A stretch of 64,000 bases of DNA from NCBI GenBank assembly GCA_030656615.1, contig JAUSOY010000056.1, positions 50 to 64,049 of the forward strand, read 5' to 3'. The DNA comes from Bacteroidales bacterium. Its GTDB lineage: Bacteria; Bacteroidota; Bacteroidia; Bacteroidales; TTA-H9. Below the pieces are notes generated by a model, which was not told the DNA's origin, did not search any database, and was given only the letters and a program-made list of their open reading frames with translations. Below, piece by piece: positions 9,070-17,864 of the stretch (positions are counted from its first letter, which is position 1; each line of letters starts with the position of its first letter). A program made the position numbers and the translations under genes.

Positions 9070-9711
9070 GAGGTTTCCAACTTTTATTAGTCTGAATCGC
9101 ACAGGATTACACGTAAAATCCATACTGATTATATCCATAAGCATCATTGATAACAGCAAATTTTCGAGACGGCCACGACCAATGCCTGTTGCTTTTCTAA
9201 TTCCGGCAAAAGTGCTTTCATTTGAATGATTCAAGCAGGCAAGTACCATTTTTTCATCTTCTCCATAACGGATGAAGGAATTCTTATTTTCCTTCTTTAA
9301 CCTAAAATACCGTTCAGCCAATTGAGGTGCTACGATATTTTCATCTCCCACTCTCAGATAGGTTTTCCAGTTGCCTTCTTCATCTGGAGCCCGGTGTGGT
9401 GCATCACCACTCTTTAAAACATTAACTTCCAGTACCCTTTTACCACCAATATTCCATTCCTTGCTTTCGAAATGCACTACTGGTTTTGTATAAACAGAAG
9501 CTGCCGCTTCAAGCATATATAATTCCTCAATGGTTCTGATGCCGGCAATGCTGCCATTGTCTTTAACACCAATCAATAAAGTACCTCCTGAAGTATTCGA
9601 AAAAGCAGATAAGGAGCGGGCAATCTTCCTTGAATCATTCACAGCAAACTTAAAATCAAGCTGTTGTCCTTCGCCCTGCTCAATAAGCTTTTTAATATAC
9701 GTCTGATTCAT
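9064..9711 (-). CDS. AlbA_2 / Schlafen-like putative DNA-binding protein with a C-terminal winged-helix-like region
   Basis: LIEQGEGQQLDFKFAV...IARSLSAFSNTSGGTLLIGVKDNGSIAGI is the characteristic AlbA_2 core. The start at 9711 (MNQTYIKKLIEQGEG) is preferred over 9780. Confidence 0.65.
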   Translation of the reverse strand: MNQTYIKKLIEQGEGQQLDFKFAVNDSRKIARSLSAFSNTSGGTLLIGVKDNGSIAGIRTIEELYMLEAAASVYTKPVVHFESKEWNIGGKRVLEVNVLKSGDAPHRAPDEEGNWKTYLRVGDENIVAPQLAERYFRLKKENKNSFIRYGEDEKMVLACLNHSNESTFAGIRKATGIGRGRLENLLLSMMLMDIISMDFTCNPVRFRLIKVGNLL

Positions 9712-9830
9712 AATGTACAAAAGTAATAATTCGGGAGGAGTCCGAAACATCTTCACAAAACGGAAAATTTTCATTTTCATATTTCGGATTCTATATTGTA
9801 ATTGAACAAAATCTCCTTACTGCTTATTGC

Positions 9831-9838
9831 TAACTTTG
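9831..9838 (+). promoter_or_regulatory. Candidate -7 box TAACTTTG upstream of the bPGM-GH65 gene
   Basis: Exact TAnnTTTG match, 22 nt upstream of the ATG at 9861. Confidence 0.35.
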
Positions 9839-9860
9839 TACCCTTAAAAATTCATGGCAT

Positions 9861-12800
9861 ATGTTACCCAAATTTCATTTTGACGCTGTAATTTTCGATC
9901 TGGATGGAGTCATTACCCGTACTGCCCTGGTTCATAGCAAAGCCTGGAAACGGATGTTTGATGAATTTCTGAAATCATGGACCGAAAAAAATAATATCGA
10001 ATTTCAGGCATTTGATCATATCAACGATTACCTTCCATATGTAGATGGCAAACCCCGGTACAAAGGCGTCGCTTCGTTTCTGGAATCGCGAAATATAGAA
10101 CTCCCTTACGGAAATGCGGAGGATGGAACGGAAATGGAAACCATTTGCGGCCTTGGAAATCGTAAAAACGAGGCTTTTAATCAGGTATTGGAAGAACAGG
10201 GAGTCGAAGTATATCCATCAACGATTGAACTTATTTACCAACTGCGTCAGAATGGAATACGGGTAGGTGTTGCCTCATCAAGCCGCAACTGTGAACAGGT
10301 ACTACGCAGAGCAGGAATTTTGAATCTTTTCGAAACCCGCGTAGATGGCGTGGTATCTGTTGAACTGAATCTGAATGGAAAACCAGAACCTGATATTTTC
10401 ACCACGGCATGCAGAAATCTGGGTGCTGTTCCGGATAGGGCGGTCGTAGTGGAAGATGCCGTATCGGGTGTACAGGCAGGATTTAAAGGAAATTTTGGTT
10501 TAGTCATTGGCATCGCTCGTGAAGAAAATCAACAGGAATTGGCAGCCAATGGCGCTGATATCGTGGTGGACGATCTGGAAGGTATTTCCGGAATCAACGG
10601 CATCGAAAAATGGTTCGTTTCTGGGAAGGAAAATGATTCATGGGAAATAAATTACCATGGCTATTTCCCTGAAAAAGAAAAATCGAGGGAATCCATTCTT
10701 AGTATAGGAAATGGATATTTGGGTGTGCGTGGAGCCCTTGAAGAAGCCAAAGCCGGAAAAACCAATTACCCGGGAACATATATGTCGGGTGTGTATAATC
10801 GATTGGTATCGAAAGTCGGGGATCGCGATGTGGAAAATGAAGATTTTGTCAATTGCCTCAATCTTTTCCCAGTGAATTTCCGCATCGACGAAGGCGAATG
10901 GATTTCGACCGATAATGCGAAGATCATTAAGCTACAGCGGACACTTGATTTAAAAAACGGTCTACTTTGCCGTGAAATGATCATTGAAAAAGATGGCCAG
11001 CAAACACAAATTCGATCCGAACGATTTATATCAATGGACGATTCGCATCTCGGCGGCCAGCGTTATCATCTCCGGGCAATAAATTATTCTGGTAACATTG
11101 AAATCCGTAGTGGAATCGATGGCCACCTCATTAATGCTGGTGTTGAGCGCTATAATCAATTGAATCAACAGCACCTTAAGCCTGTCAGAGCTGAAGCTTC
11201 ATCTCTGCATACATATACCGAAGTCTGTACAGTTTCATCAGGAATTCATATAGCTGCTTACAGTCAGATCATCCCCGATAATAAAGAAAATCTGCAGCTG
11301 ATTTATGAATCATCCGATGATCAATCGTGGTGTATTTTAAAGAAAACCCTTAAAGAAGGTGAAGGATTCGGATTCGATAAACTGATTTCGGTGATGAATT
11401 CATATTCAACACCCGGACCGTTACCTCATGATTTTACCCGCAACAAATTATCGCAGATTAGTAGTTACGATTCTCTATTGGAAAGAAGCTCCGCCGCTTG
11501 GAGCCGGATATGGGAAGAAACCCATATTGAAATTTCGGGCGATCGACTGTCACAAAAACTTCTTCATCTTCATAATTACCATATTCATCTGACAATATCA
11601 GCCCATAGTAAAGGAATAGATGCCGGAATACCCGCTCGTGGGCTGCATGGCGAAGCATACCGTGGTCATATTTTTTGGGACGAATTATACATTCTTCCTT
11701 TATTCCATATCCATTATCCTGATATCGCCCGTGCGGTTCATCAATACCGTGTAAATAGGCTGGAAGAAGCACGACGCTATGCTTCCGAGAATAATTATAC
11801 CGGAGCTATGTATCCATGGCAAAGCGGAAGTTCGGGAAGAGAAGAAACCCAGGTGATACACCTAAATCCAATATCCGGAAAATGGGGCGATGATTATTCG
11901 TGTTTGCAACGACACGTTTCATTGGCTGTGGCATATAACCTTTACCAATATATGCACTTAACCGCCGACACAAGCTTTATGGCCGGAGAAGGTGCAAAAG
12001 TTTACCTCGAAATCTGCCGTTTTTGGGCAGGGAAAGCATTCTTAGATTCAAAGACCGGCAGGTATCATATTGATGGTGTGATGGGACCCGATGAGTTTCA
12101 TGAGAAGTATCCGGGGGCTGAAAAAGGAGGCTTGCGCGATAATGCCTACACCAATATTATGGTAGCTTGGATGCTGCAAAAGGTTGACGAAATTCGTCTC
12201 AATGCCGAAGAAACTGCCTTCAGAAGTATTTGTAATGAAATCAATCTAAAGGATAAGGAATTACAGGAATGGACTGAAATTCGGCAAAAACTCAATCTTG
12301 TTATTTCGAAGGAAGGTATCATTGCCCAATACGATGGATACTTTGATTTAGAAGATATTGATTGGGACTATTTCCGTAAGAAATATGGCAATGTTTACCG
12401 TATGGACCGTTTATTGAAAGCCGAAGGAAAGTCGCCCGATGCCTTTAAGGTTGCTAAACAGGCCGATACACTGATGGCATTCTACAACCTTGGACTCGAT
12501 GAATGCAATTCGATCATCCGTTCTCTTGGATACCAGCTTCCCGATGATTATCTACAAAAAAATCTGGCATATTATCTTGCGAGAACTTCGCACGGATCGA
12601 CACTCTCTCGGGTTGTTCATGCGCGTCTGGCAGGAATGATTGGCCAACATGAACTTGGCCTTGAATTATACCGTGATGCCCTTAACAGCGACTTCAGTGA
12701 TGCACAAGGCGGTACTACCGGCGAAGGAATACACGCCGGAGTCATGGCTTCGACCATTTGGATTAGCATAAACACTTATGCAGGACTTGATTTAAATGGG

Positions 12801-13022
12801 AAATATCCCGTTCTGAATCCGGCCCTGCCGGAAGGATGGAATCACATGAAATTCAGTTTCCGGTATAAAACCTCCCGATTCTTTGTTCATATTCTTCCTC
12901 AAAAAATGGAAGTTATGGCATTGAATATTGAACAAAAACCCTCTCAAATCGCTATAGTTGATCAGTATTTCGAAATTGAGTCAGGTGAAAGCGTATGGGT
13001 TGATGGAAACTTCAAACTTTAA
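9861..13022 (+). CDS. Fusion protein: HAD-type beta-phosphoglucomutase domain (N-terminal ~240 aa) plus GH65 disaccharide phosphorylase
   Basis: FDAVIFDLDGVIT carries the DxDG nucleophile motif and VVEDAVSGVQAG fits the bPGM/HAD pattern. The remaining ~800 aa carry GH65 hallmarks: GVMGPDEFHEKY (catalytic acid region), KQADT and GSTLS. Confidence 0.85.
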   Translation: MLPKFHFDAVIFDLDGVITRTALVHSKAWKRMFDEFLKSWTEKNNIEFQAFDHINDYLPYVDGKPRYKGVASFLESRNIELPYGNAEDGTEMETICGLGNRKNEAFNQVLEEQGVEVYPSTIELIYQLRQNGIRVGVASSSRNCEQVLRRAGILNLFETRVDGVVSVELNLNGKPEPDIFTTACRNLGAVPDRAVVVEDAVSGVQAGFKGNFGLVIGIAREENQQELAANGADIVVDDLEGISGINGIEKWFVSGKENDSWEINYHGYFPEKEKSRESILSIGNGYLGVRGALEEAKAGKTNYPGTYMSGVYNRLVSKVGDRDVENEDFVNCLNLFPVNFRIDEGEWISTDNAKIIKLQRTLDLKNGLLCREMIIEKDGQQTQIRSERFISMDDSHLGGQRYHLRAINYSGNIEIRSGIDGHLINAGVERYNQLNQQHLKPVRAEASSLHTYTEVCTVSSGIHIAAYSQIIPDNKENLQLIYESSDDQSWCILKKTLKEGEGFGFDKLISVMNSYSTPGPLPHDFTRNKLSQISSYDSLLERSSAAWSRIWEETHIEISGDRLSQKLLHLHNYHIHLTISAHSKGIDAGIPARGLHGEAYRGHIFWDELYILPLFHIHYPDIARAVHQYRVNRLEEARRYASENNYTGAMYPWQSGSSGREETQVIHLNPISGKWGDDYSCLQRHVSLAVAYNLYQYMHLTADTSFMAGEGAKVYLEICRFWAGKAFLDSKTGRYHIDGVMGPDEFHEKYPGAEKGGLRDNAYTNIMVAWMLQKVDEIRLNAEETAFRSICNEINLKDKELQEWTEIRQKLNLVISKEGIIAQYDGYFDLEDIDWDYFRKKYGNVYRMDRLLKAEGKSPDAFKVAKQADTLMAFYNLGLDECNSIIRSLGYQLPDDYLQKNLAYYLARTSHGSTLSRVVHARLAGMIGQHELGLELYRDALNSDFSDAQGGTTGEGIHAGVMASTIWISINTYAGLDLNGKYPVLNPALPEGWNHMKFSFRYKTSRFFVHILPQKMEVMALNIEQKPSQIAIVDQYFEIESGESVWVDGNFKL

Positions 13023-13030
13023 GAAAAAAA

Positions 13031-13669
13031 ATGTACGAGAACATATTAGATATTCAAAAGAAACATAAAAAAGCGGCCAAAACGGTGCTCGAACGACTTC
13101 TGGAAGAAAAACACGAAAAATTTATCGTGGCTGTTTCTGGAGAAGTGGGTACTGGTAAAGCGGAGGTTGCACATAGTCTGGGTCGTAAACTTCGGAAGCG
13201 CAATATCCACTGTAAAATTCTTCATCTCGAGAATTATTATCTGGTTGATCCGTTAAAAAGACTCGAATGGAGAGAGAAGCATGGAATAGAAGCAGTGGGA
13301 TTAGATGAAATTAACTGGCCAAAACTCCAATCCAATATTCGCGATTTTGCTGACGGATCCAGAGCCGTTTTGCCATTGGTTGATATCATTAGTGGACAAA
13401 CCGATGAATTACATACCGACTTTAAAACCATTGATGTTCTGATAATTGCTGGTTTATATGCCATTAAATTAGAAGAAGCAGAACTGAAAGTATTCATCGA
13501 ACTGACCTATAAACAAACGATGGATGAACAAATTGCATCAGAAAAAGAGGAGATGAACGAATTCAGAATGAAGGTTCTGGAAAGGGAACATGAAGTTGTT
13601 CAATCTCTGAAAAATAAGGCCAATTTTTATGTGGACTTCGATACTTCAATGGAATTGTTTCACTTATAA
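13031..13669 (+). CDS. Uridine kinase / phosphoribulokinase-family P-loop protein, paralog 1, with a degenerate Walker A (GKA)
   Basis: VAVSGEVGTGKAE is the Walker A and HLENYY is the UK-type motif. The whole length is collinear with the paralog at 15147..15785. It starts 8 nt after the GH65 stop. Confidence 0.65.
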   Translation: MYENILDIQKKHKKAAKTVLERLLEEKHEKFIVAVSGEVGTGKAEVAHSLGRKLRKRNIHCKILHLENYYLVDPLKRLEWREKHGIEAVGLDEINWPKLQSNIRDFADGSRAVLPLVDIISGQTDELHTDFKTIDVLIIAGLYAIKLEEAELKVFIELTYKQTMDEQIASEKEEMNEFRMKVLEREHEVVQSLKNKANFYVDFDTSMELFHL

Positions 13670-14476
13670 GGCGGGACGAGCATAGCAATACAAACATCCC
13701 GAATTGCACATTTTTGGAGGCCAGCCGCCAATATCGGTCGATTGTGTACATCCACACATAGGTCTGTGTCTCATTTGTTTTACTAACAGAGGATGGATTG
13801 AATCATGCATTGTCATAAGCGAATGCCCGTCAATACAGGCTGTTTCGTCGAAACCTTGAACACAGCACGCTTGCAGTCCTATACCTTGTGATTTCAAATC
13901 CAGCGTATATTTTTTCAAATTCTGAAGCATCTCGTCTGAAAATGGCAGGATTCTAATTCCCGTTTTTCCGAAACGCCTATCGACCTTTGAGTATATTCCA
14001 GCTTTTAAAAGACTAAAAACAAAGTTTTTAATTCCTGATTCAGAGGCGTTCTCAATAATTATTGGCAAAAGCTCTAAATTGCTATAGATTCGACCATCGC
14101 GCATTCTCAAATGAACCAAAGGATCGATGCGAAGCGTTATCCTTTCAGGACTTGAAACCAAACGAATGATATCGGGCAATAATTGTAGGCTTATTTTATA
14201 ATCAGGAACATTAGGTTCTAAATCAGGCATTGCTCCCATACCTGTTATGCTTAAATGAACAAATAACTGTATACCCTGCAATTTCAAGCTATTCAAAAAA
14301 TCATACAATGGATTGGACAACAAGGACAAAGGGTGTTTTGTCCATAAAACAAGTGTATGAATATTTTTCCCGGACTGCTGATACTGCAATACTCTTTGAA
14401 TAAGATAATGTGGGTAAAAAGCAGGCAGATCACACAAACGTGAGGCACTCAGGATAATATGTGTGCTGTGGGGCAT
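13664..14476 (-). CDS. DUF1848 family protein (C-terminal Cys cluster, radical-SAM-like)
   Basis: The N-terminus IILSASRLCDLPAFYPHY resembles the DUF1848 signature ISASRRTDIPAFY. WTKHP is present. The C-terminal Cys cluster is CGCTQSTDIGGWPPKMCNSGCLYCYARP. Confidence 0.65.
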   Translation of the reverse strand: MPHSTHIILSASRLCDLPAFYPHYLIQRVLQYQQSGKNIHTLVLWTKHPLSLLSNPLYDFLNSLKLQGIQLFVHLSITGMGAMPDLEPNVPDYKISLQLLPDIIRLVSSPERITLRIDPLVHLRMRDGRIYSNLELLPIIIENASESGIKNFVFSLLKAGIYSKVDRRFGKTGIRILPFSDEMLQNLKKYTLDLKSQGIGLQACCVQGFDETACIDGHSLMTMHDSIHPLLVKQMRHRPMCGCTQSTDIGGWPPKMCNSGCLYCYARPAL

Positions 14477-14551
14477 TGAACAATTAGTGTATTCACTATA
14501 AAAAAACCGAATGTGTTGCCCGGAAAGTAATCAGGGAAATCGTTTTTAACT

Positions 14552-14559
14552 CAAAACTA
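14552..14559 (-). promoter_or_regulatory. Candidate -7 box (TAGTTTTG on the minus strand) upstream of the DUF1848 gene
   Basis: The plus strand reads caaaacta. It lies 76 nt upstream of the ATG at 14476. Confidence 0.25.
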
Positions 14560-14612
14560 CATTCAGTATATAAATCGCTTAAACTCTAAAAAAAAGATTC
14601 TAAACACATTTG

Positions 14613-15008
14613 TTACGGAATAATATTAGGTTTTTTACGAGTAATTTCACCAATAAACCAGGCAATAATCATGAGTAAGCCACTAAATATAATGGGAAAA
14701 GATATAAGCATAAAACTAAGAACTTTGGTATTGGTACTAAAAAACCAAATACTAAGCAATCCGGTTAAAATCAACACAACACCCGCATGAAATGGTTTAA
14801 ATAATGACCAGATTACCAATACAATGACCATTACTCCAGGGATAAGTTGTACGAAAAACTGTGCAATTTCTTCAAGCAGGAACATTCCCGGTCGAAAAAC
14901 ATCCACGGCAAAAATGCTGATAAATATTGCGTATATGATGCCGATTACCATGGCAAAGCGGTGGATAATCAATGCTACTAGCGGTAATTTTCTGTGAAAT
15001 ACACTCAT
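14613..15008 (-). CDS. Small integral membrane protein (about 4 predicted TM helices), no family recognised
   Basis: 131 aa and almost entirely hydrophobic (LVALIIHRFAMVIGIIYAIFISIFAV..., VMVIVLVIWSLF..., VLILTGLLSIWFF..., LMISFPIIFSGLLMIIAWFIG). Confidence 0.5.
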   Translation of the reverse strand: MSVFHRKLPLVALIIHRFAMVIGIIYAIFISIFAVDVFRPGMFLLEEIAQFFVQLIPGVMVIVLVIWSLFKPFHAGVVLILTGLLSIWFFSTNTKVLSFMLISFPIIFSGLLMIIAWFIGEITRKKPNIIP

Positions 15009-15027
15009 TTTTTGTTATTTATACCCT

Positions 15028-15035
15028 CAAATATA
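15028..15035 (-). promoter_or_regulatory. Candidate -7 box (TATATTTG on the minus strand) upstream of the membrane protein gene
   Basis: The plus strand reads caaatata. It lies 20 nt upstream of the ATG at 15008. Confidence 0.3.
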
Positions 15036-15117
15036 GCTTATAAATAAGAAAAATAAAATAATCGATCGTATTTTATGTTTGCATGAAATAAGCATTGACA
15101 GTTTGCTGCCGAAATAG

Positions 15118-15125
15118 TAGGTTTG
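15118..15125 (+). promoter_or_regulatory. Candidate -7 box TAGGTTTG upstream of kinase paralog 2
   Basis: Exact TAnnTTTG match, 22 nt upstream of the ATG at 15147. A TTTG occurs at 15102-15105. The box contains the TTG used as the ORF-track start (15123), which argues for the ATG at 15147. Confidence 0.35.
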
Positions 15126-15146
15126 TATAAAATAAAAATATTAAAC

Positions 15147-15785
15147 ATGTTAGGCGACGTCTTATTAATTACCGACAATCATCAAAAAGCAGGAACAGCT
15201 ATTATTGATGCAATTATAAAAAACCGGGTATCCAAAATGCTTATCGCTATCTCGGGAGAATCGGGTTCAGGAAAATCGGAATTATCGCATGTTGTGGCCA
15301 AGGGTCTTAGAACTGCAGGATATTTGGCAAAAATAATGCATATCGATAATTATTATCAGATTCTCCCCCTCGAACGTAAGGATTGGAGAATTAACAATGG
15401 AATAGAAGATGTTGTAGGCTATTCAGAGTATGACTGGGATACCATTTACCGGAATATTCATGCATTTAAAAATGGTGAAAGCACTCAAATGCCTTGTGTT
15501 GATTTGGTAACAGAACAAGTTGATCAACTTATTACCGATTTTAAGGATATTGATATTCTGGTAATTGATGGCTTATACGCAATAAAAACAGAAGGCATTG
15601 ACTTACGTTTTTTTATCGATTTGACCTATCATGTCACAAAAAAAGCACAGGTAATCCGGGGTAAAGAGCCGCAAAACGAATACCGGTCACGGGTTCTTGA
15701 GCAAGAACATAAAATGGTACAAGCCTTGCGCCCTACAGCCGATTTTCTGATTACACCCGATTTCGATCTCTCATTAAATAAATAG
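15147..15785 (+). CDS. Uridine kinase / phosphoribulokinase-family P-loop kinase, paralog 2 (canonical Walker A)
   Basis: IAISGESGSGKSE is a canonical GxxGxGKS Walker A. HIDNYY is present, and ILVIDGLYAIK is a Walker-B-like strand. The GH13 gene starts 4 nt after its stop. Confidence 0.7.
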   Translation: MLGDVLLITDNHQKAGTAIIDAIIKNRVSKMLIAISGESGSGKSELSHVVAKGLRTAGYLAKIMHIDNYYQILPLERKDWRINNGIEDVVGYSEYDWDTIYRNIHAFKNGESTQMPCVDLVTEQVDQLITDFKDIDILVIDGLYAIKTEGIDLRFFIDLTYHVTKKAQVIRGKEPQNEYRSRVLEQEHKMVQALRPTADFLITPDFDLSLNK

Positions 15786-15789
15786 GCCC

Positions 15790-17469
15790 ATGAAACCGCT
15801 GGTTTACCAATTGTTTGTACGGCTCTTCGGAAATAAATTCACGCAATTCAGTTTCGATGGATCTCTGGAAGAAAATGGTTGTGGGAGATTTAATGATATT
15901 GATAATGAAGCCCTGAGAGCGCTTAAGGACATGCATTACACACACATTTGGTATACGGGAGTATTGGCTCATGCCAGTCTGAGTTCATATGAGCACTTCG
16001 GAATTCCTGACAGCCATCCGATGATTACCAAAGGAAAAGCCGGCTCGCCATACGCCATTCGTGATTACTATGATGTGGACCCCGACCTTTCTGTTCATCC
16101 AGAAAAACGCATGAATGAATTCATCGATCTTCTGCATCGTACCCATAATTCTGATTTAAAAGCAATTATTGATTTTGTACCAAATCATGTTGCACGGCAA
16201 TATATAAGTATTTCAAAACCGGCAGGTGTTCAAGATTTTGGTGAAACCGACGATACTACTTTGCCTTTTCATCCGCAAAATAACTTTTACTACATCCCTG
16301 ACCAATCTCTTGATATACAAGGTGATTTCGATTCACTAAGCGACAGATATATTGAATATCCGGCGAAAGTTACCGGTAATGACCAATTCACAGCAAGTCC
16401 TAATAAAAACGATTGGTACGAAACCATAAAACTAAACTATGGTGTAGATTATCAAAATGGACAGACAGCTCATTTTAATCCAATTCCTTCCACCTGGTTA
16501 AAAATGCGTGATATCCTTTTATTTTGGGCCGACAAAGGAGTAGACGGCTTTCGCTGCGATATGGCTGAGATGGTACCCGTTGAATTTTGGAAATGGGTTA
16601 TACATGAGGTTAAATCAGTGTATCCAGACGTTATATTTATTGCAGAAATATATAAACCCTGGGAATACCACCAATATATTTTTGACGGGGGATTTGATTA
16701 TCTCTATGACAAAATGGGCCTGTACGATACCCTCCGGCGTATCATCGAAAAAGGGAATAGTACTCATGAAATTAGTGGGGTTTGGCAGAACCTTAACGGA
16801 TTAGATGCTTTTATGCTCCGATTCATCGAAAACCATGATGAACAACGAATAGCTTCACCCCATTTTGCCGGAACAGCTCAAAAGGGAATTCCTGCTATGG
16901 CAATTGCTACCTTTATGCATAATGGACCGCTAATGGTTTATAACGGCCAGGAAGATGGAGAAAATGCGGAAGGAGAAACCGGATTTAGTGGAAACGATGG
17001 TCGGACATCCATTTTCGATTATTGCCATATGCCATTACATCAAAAGTGGATGCACAACGGTAAGTTTGACGGTGAACTTTCGGGTATCAATCAATCAGGT
17101 TTACGAAATGAATATCGAGATATTCTAAGCATCGTTCAGCAATTTGAGACTTTTTCGAGCGGTCAGTTTTATGATTTGATGTATGTAAATTCTGATATTC
17201 ACAGACAATATGCTTTTTTGCGTTATGATGAACAACAGGCATTTCTTGTTATCAGTTCTTTCTGCAATTTTGAAGTACGAATAAAACTTCATATTCCTTT
17301 GCATGCAATCGGGGAACTTCATTTGGAAGCATCGCGTAAACTCATCCTTAATAATATAATTACGCAAAAAACAGAATTGGAGATAACAGGATATGAAGCT
17401 GCATATGGAGGTATCCCAATCAGGCTAGCACCTAATAGCTATAAAGTGCTCCGCATTATTCAGGAATAG
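15790..17469 (+). CDS. Cytoplasmic GH13 alpha-amylase-family enzyme
   Basis: The GH13 conserved regions are present: DFVPNH, DGFRCDMAEMVP (nucleophile Asp), FIAEIY (acid/base Glu) and FIENHDEQR. There is no signal peptide. Confidence 0.85.
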   Translation: MKPLVYQLFVRLFGNKFTQFSFDGSLEENGCGRFNDIDNEALRALKDMHYTHIWYTGVLAHASLSSYEHFGIPDSHPMITKGKAGSPYAIRDYYDVDPDLSVHPEKRMNEFIDLLHRTHNSDLKAIIDFVPNHVARQYISISKPAGVQDFGETDDTTLPFHPQNNFYYIPDQSLDIQGDFDSLSDRYIEYPAKVTGNDQFTASPNKNDWYETIKLNYGVDYQNGQTAHFNPIPSTWLKMRDILLFWADKGVDGFRCDMAEMVPVEFWKWVIHEVKSVYPDVIFIAEIYKPWEYHQYIFDGGFDYLYDKMGLYDTLRRIIEKGNSTHEISGVWQNLNGLDAFMLRFIENHDEQRIASPHFAGTAQKGIPAMAIATFMHNGPLMVYNGQEDGENAEGETGFSGNDGRTSIFDYCHMPLHQKWMHNGKFDGELSGINQSGLRNEYRDILSIVQQFETFSSGQFYDLMYVNSDIHRQYAFLRYDEQQAFLVISSFCNFEVRIKLHIPLHAIGELHLEASRKLILNNIITQKTELEITGYEAAYGGIPIRLAPNSYKVLRIIQE

Positions 17470-17638
17470 AAGATCCATTTAAAATGGCACTCGAAGGGAA
17501 GCTAAACCGGAAAAGAGTTCCGTGATCTTTTTCTGTTTTCCACTCGCCTTTGAGTTGCCGACTGATTGCCTGTAAAAGTTTAAATCCGATTCCACCATGA
17601 TTTTTTGCAGCAACATCATCAAAAACTTCACCATCATT
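17456..17638 (-). pseudogene. Relic of a histidine kinase gene: only the C-terminal HATPase segment remains
   Basis: The minus-strand frame reads NDGEVFDDVAAKNHGGIGFKLLQAISRQLKGEWKTEKDHGTLFRFSFPSSAILNGSSIPE-stop. This matches the G1/G2 boxes to the C-terminus of a sensor kinase. A stop codon immediately precedes it and there is no start codon. It overlaps the GH13 3-prime end by 14 nt. Confidence 0.6.
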
Positions 17639-17864
17639 TTAATCAGGTTATCATACTTGTATTAATGCAAATTTGATTTGGCAATTTATATAAAAAATGC
17701 AAAATAGGGAATAAAAGCATTCAGAGCATATCGCAATCCACCTGTTCAATCTATTAACTTCCAAAACGCCAAGCCATTCAGCGAATCATAATTCGTGGAT
17801 ATTCAAAAAGATACCGTTTGCGAAATTCTATATTCTGCAACTAATTGAATCTACCAACCGCATT

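Noticed and set aside
15123-15146. A TTG start (ORF track) for kinase paralog 2.
   Set aside because: The TTG lies inside the candidate -7 box TAGGTTTG (15118-15125). The ATG at 15147 aligns better with paralog 1.
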